Source: Phoronis australis
Lineage: Eukaryota > Animalia > Phoronida
Reading direction: 5' to 3'
NCBI GenBank assembly: GCA_002633005.1
Contig: NMRA01000214.1
Location: 332,414-396,413, forward strand
Length of the DNA: 64,000 nucleotides
Under the pieces are notes generated by a model. It did not search any database and had not been told where the DNA came from. It saw only the letters and a program-made list of their open reading frames with translations. Shown one piece after another: positions 60,421 through 64,000 of this stretch; position 1 is the stretch's first letter; each line of letters opens with the position of its first letter. A program made the position numbers and the translations under genes.

Positions 60421-63400
60421 GTGATTATTCCAGAAAAATATAAGCAGCTGTTAGCGACGAGAATGCCCTTTAATTGTCGACGATAACAGTGGCACCTCAG
60501 TGGTGATAACTTCGATAGGACCGAAGTTGACCGTTAATGCTACACCGCAGCGTGGATGCTCCGCTGTTAAATCCACCTGTTAACTTCAAAGTTAACTTTG
60601 ATCTAGGACCGAAGTTAACCATTCCCCAAAACATCCGACGACATCTCGATGTTAGTATGAAAGGACCTATACACAGACTTGTCCAAAAGCTCCTTGATAG
60701 CCTTAAGACACATGCACAGATACAAAACACTTCCAAGGGATAATTTGAGGCTATGAAGAAACTACAGGTGTTTGGGATGACCTTCATAATCACTGCAGCA
60801 TAATATGTCAATTAGCTGTTTGTTGTCTCATAGGGAGTACTAGTACTAGCAGTCCACCTGTAACAAAGAGCGGTGAAGCCCTGAGGGAACTACATGCACA
60901 GCTATCAACAAACAATTCTTTTTGCATAACTCAGGTGTGTTACCAGTAAAATCAAAAGTAATTACAAAAATCAACATTTTTCAATTTTAAAGGTTTATTG
61001 CATGGCTGCAAAAACCCACAATTTTTCAATATATGTCTGATGGTAGGTGTGATTGACATAGCAGTTGAGCATTTGTTTAGACCTACTTTTTATTAAAATT
61101 GAAAAAGTAAAATTTCTCTTGTCCCCCAATAAATTGTGTCCTCAATAGGTGGGGTTTAAATAGTCCTCTGAGACTATGAAATAACAACTGGGGATACGCA
61201 GAGATATTGGCGTATGGCAGATTCGCACAGTCTAGTTCTTCCTGAAGATAACCGAATACCTTGGTTACCACCAGTTTTTTTTGTTTACTTTCAAAAATAA
61301 TAACTTTTAACTCCTATATTTTTAAAATCCTTCAGCCAGGACCCTCGCTCACCCGAGGTGAGCTTGATGAGGGGAATTACCGTAGTGAGATTTTACAATA
61401 TTTTACACAGGGGAATGAGGTCGATATTCGGCCCCAAAATCCAGGCATCGCGGGTCCTGTGAGCACAGATCTTCGTAAAAATGATGCCCAAATGTTAATA
61501 GTCATGTGACAGTATTTCTCCAAAAACAGCGATTTTGTGAGATCACTGTAAATTCCAGTTGCAAATTTTTGCACAGATTCTTGTTTTTCACCAAATTCTG
61601 TATCACTGATTCAAACTAAGTTAAAAACAAAGTAAAATTCCATGAACAAACTTCCGTTGAGGAAATTTACAAAATAAAACTTCACTGTCCCCTGTATTAT
61701 GTCACAAACTAAATAATTTTTAAGGTAAACCACAAACAGCTAGTCTGGAACAAAAACAAAATAGCACAAAAGACAAACCAACACTTTAATAAATAAATAC
61801 TCGGTGACTGCTCAAACACAATACATCTATAGGCAACCTCAAAACGAAAATAAACATTATGAAGGCCACTACCAATTGAAATCCCTCTCTTTCTATTTTG
61901 TACAATAAATGCACTCCACACAACCTGCAACTGAACTGGGCTAATAACACTTACAGAATCAAATTAAAAAGACTTTGATCAATAATTTACCACCAAAGCC
62001 CACTGTCTGGTGATAAACAACATACCAACAAGACAGGTTACCATATAAACGTGATTAAGGTTTACTGGATGTACCCTAGGTCCTTTAATACACAAGTCTG
62101 TGTGTTTAATCATAAATTTACATCAACATAGAATTTAACTTAAATTTACGTATTATCTGAAAGAAGGAAGCATAATTACGTCGTTTTTAATTTTCTTAAT
62201 TTATACCAATCTACAAACACTGGGATTAGGTGATCATGTCATTTCAGTAAAATTAAGCAAAACAGAAAGTAGATTCATAGCCAAACAGCGACATCAATAA
62301 CTTGACTAAATTTCATTTGATATAGATGTCTGACACAGAAGCTCAAACACGATGTTACAGTTTTCTAAATAATCACCTTGTTTTCATTTTATTCAACTTT
62401 CGATTTTTTGATAGTCCCGCCTGCAAAAATGGATCGCTTCAAAATCAATTCGTAACAGCGTTTTGCAGAACAGTGCATAAAGCATACTACGGTATCAAAT
62501 AAGTTTCGTATAAATCCGATCAGCGATTTCTCACAATATTATACGAGATGTTCCGAAGCTGGCCAGACTTAGCCATTTTTCTACTGTCCTACATAGCTTT
62601 AACTGGTTTCCAATGCAAACATTATCTTTTTCAAAAAGACCTGTCCAGCAGCTGATCGCCCTGGTATTATTCGTTTACTGGATATGAATAATAAATAGGA
62701 AACACTCTGCATGCTGCAATTCTTTAGCGTTGCGACAGCACAAAAGCATCTTTTGCTGACTCTATTATACAAGATGGTACGAATTAGCAGAGATGAAACA
62801 CAATTTTGAGACAGAAGACATTTTTGCGTTAATCATTTGAATATCCTAACACATAGTTGCAATTTCATGCCATGCCAAATGATGGCCAAAAAGAATTCAC
62901 AAAAAATAATGAAAATATCCAGCTGCATCAAATCCATATACAGATGCAAAATCCTGTCCACCAACTACGCTATCGCCATCTAGTGACAAGGCATATTTCA
63001 TCATGTATATCGATATTGGAAAACCGATACAATTCATTTTCTCCACTTTGAAAGTAGGATGACTTCTTCAACATGTGAGCAACAAATCACCATTAACACA
63101 ATCAATGGAGATTTTTTGAACATCCGTCAGCAAAAAAGTAGAATTTCATTTAAATTCTAATTTCTCCATAAAAATAACAAAAAAATGAAACTGAAGTTTG
63201 ATTCGTTTGCTACTTAGCTTTCATCACTCCTTTGGAAAAATTGAGGATTTGAACTGATGCAGCGAAAGACTTTGAAGAAATGACGAATAAGCCCAATGGA
63301 CGAGTTAATACTCTCTAGGTGGCAGATAAAACAAAACTTCTTTTTGACATCTGAAAAGCTCAAAAGCGGAAAGCTTTAGTTTATCAGCACAGAGGCAGCG

Positions 63401-64000
63401 TTCGTTTGATAAGGGACCCATGCGGACATTTTTAAGGGAGGGTCCTTTGCTTCACTTGTAATACCTAGTGAACTTCGAATTCCCCATTGACAAAGCTCGA
63501 CCACTGACTGACCTCACAGGAAGAGGTAGCCTGACTGACCCTCGTGTCTCATTGCTCCCAGCCATTCTGTTATGCTTGTTCCAACTTGTAAAACCCAAGT
63601 ACAGTAATGAGGCACAGGCCTACAAACGAGCCAATATTCACAGCCAGCTGCAACAAGGAGCTGAACACAAGAGCTCATTTCTCAAATCAATATAGGACGC
63701 CCAAACAACCCTGATAACGGATAAATCCTTGGCAAGGCAAATCGAAACTGTCTGGGTCTGAGCACTCCAATAAGAGAGAGAAAGAAGACAACATCATAGC
63801 CAGGCTGCACGCATTTTGGAATGTAAAGTGTTCTTGCAAACACGCTTTAAATTATTTTCATGAACTTGATGAATTTTTGACGAAGTTCGCATGCGTTACA
63901 ATGCGGGCTGAAGAAGCCTGTTTCATGAGATCTGTCAATTTCACATGTAACGGTATATCATTACCACTCTGTACCAGCAGTTTTTGTAGCACTGGAATAT

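Overview
Eukaryotic (marine-invertebrate-like, AT-rich, GT-AG introns) genomic DNA, so no CRISPR or operon structure is expected and none was seen. Three intact protein-coding genes can be assembled by hand. (1) The last two exons of a + strand gene (573-775, 2082-2585) have a fibrinogen/intelectin-type N-terminal motif joined to a C-terminal region I do not recognise. (2) A + strand gene has two coding exons (14262-14366, 17382-18413) for an ankyrin-repeat/SOCS-box (ASB-type) protein of about 378 aa. (3) A - strand ZNF608/ZNF609/scribbler(brakeless) orthologue has seven coding exons (33239 down to 22178, about 1489 aa), a 3' UTR of about 2 kb, and upstream a coding-free stretch of more than 30 kb that is probably 5'-UTR intron or regulatory DNA. 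The 3-9.5 kb interval holds decayed DNA transposons: a THAP domain facing a P2X7-C-terminal (ballast/Nanor-like) domain (Kolobok-like), an XPG/FEN1-like + Cys-rich ORF (Academ-like), and nested MITEs. The most unusual non-coding signals are a tRNA-like head enclosed by 66-bp inverted repeats, a near-perfect hairpin in the ZNF608 3' UTR, a stop-start (TAATG) uORF pair in front of the ZNF608 start, a set of CA...TG MITEs with 5-6 bp target-site duplications, and degenerate hammerhead-ribozyme motifs. All calls come from reading the sequence; no searches were run.
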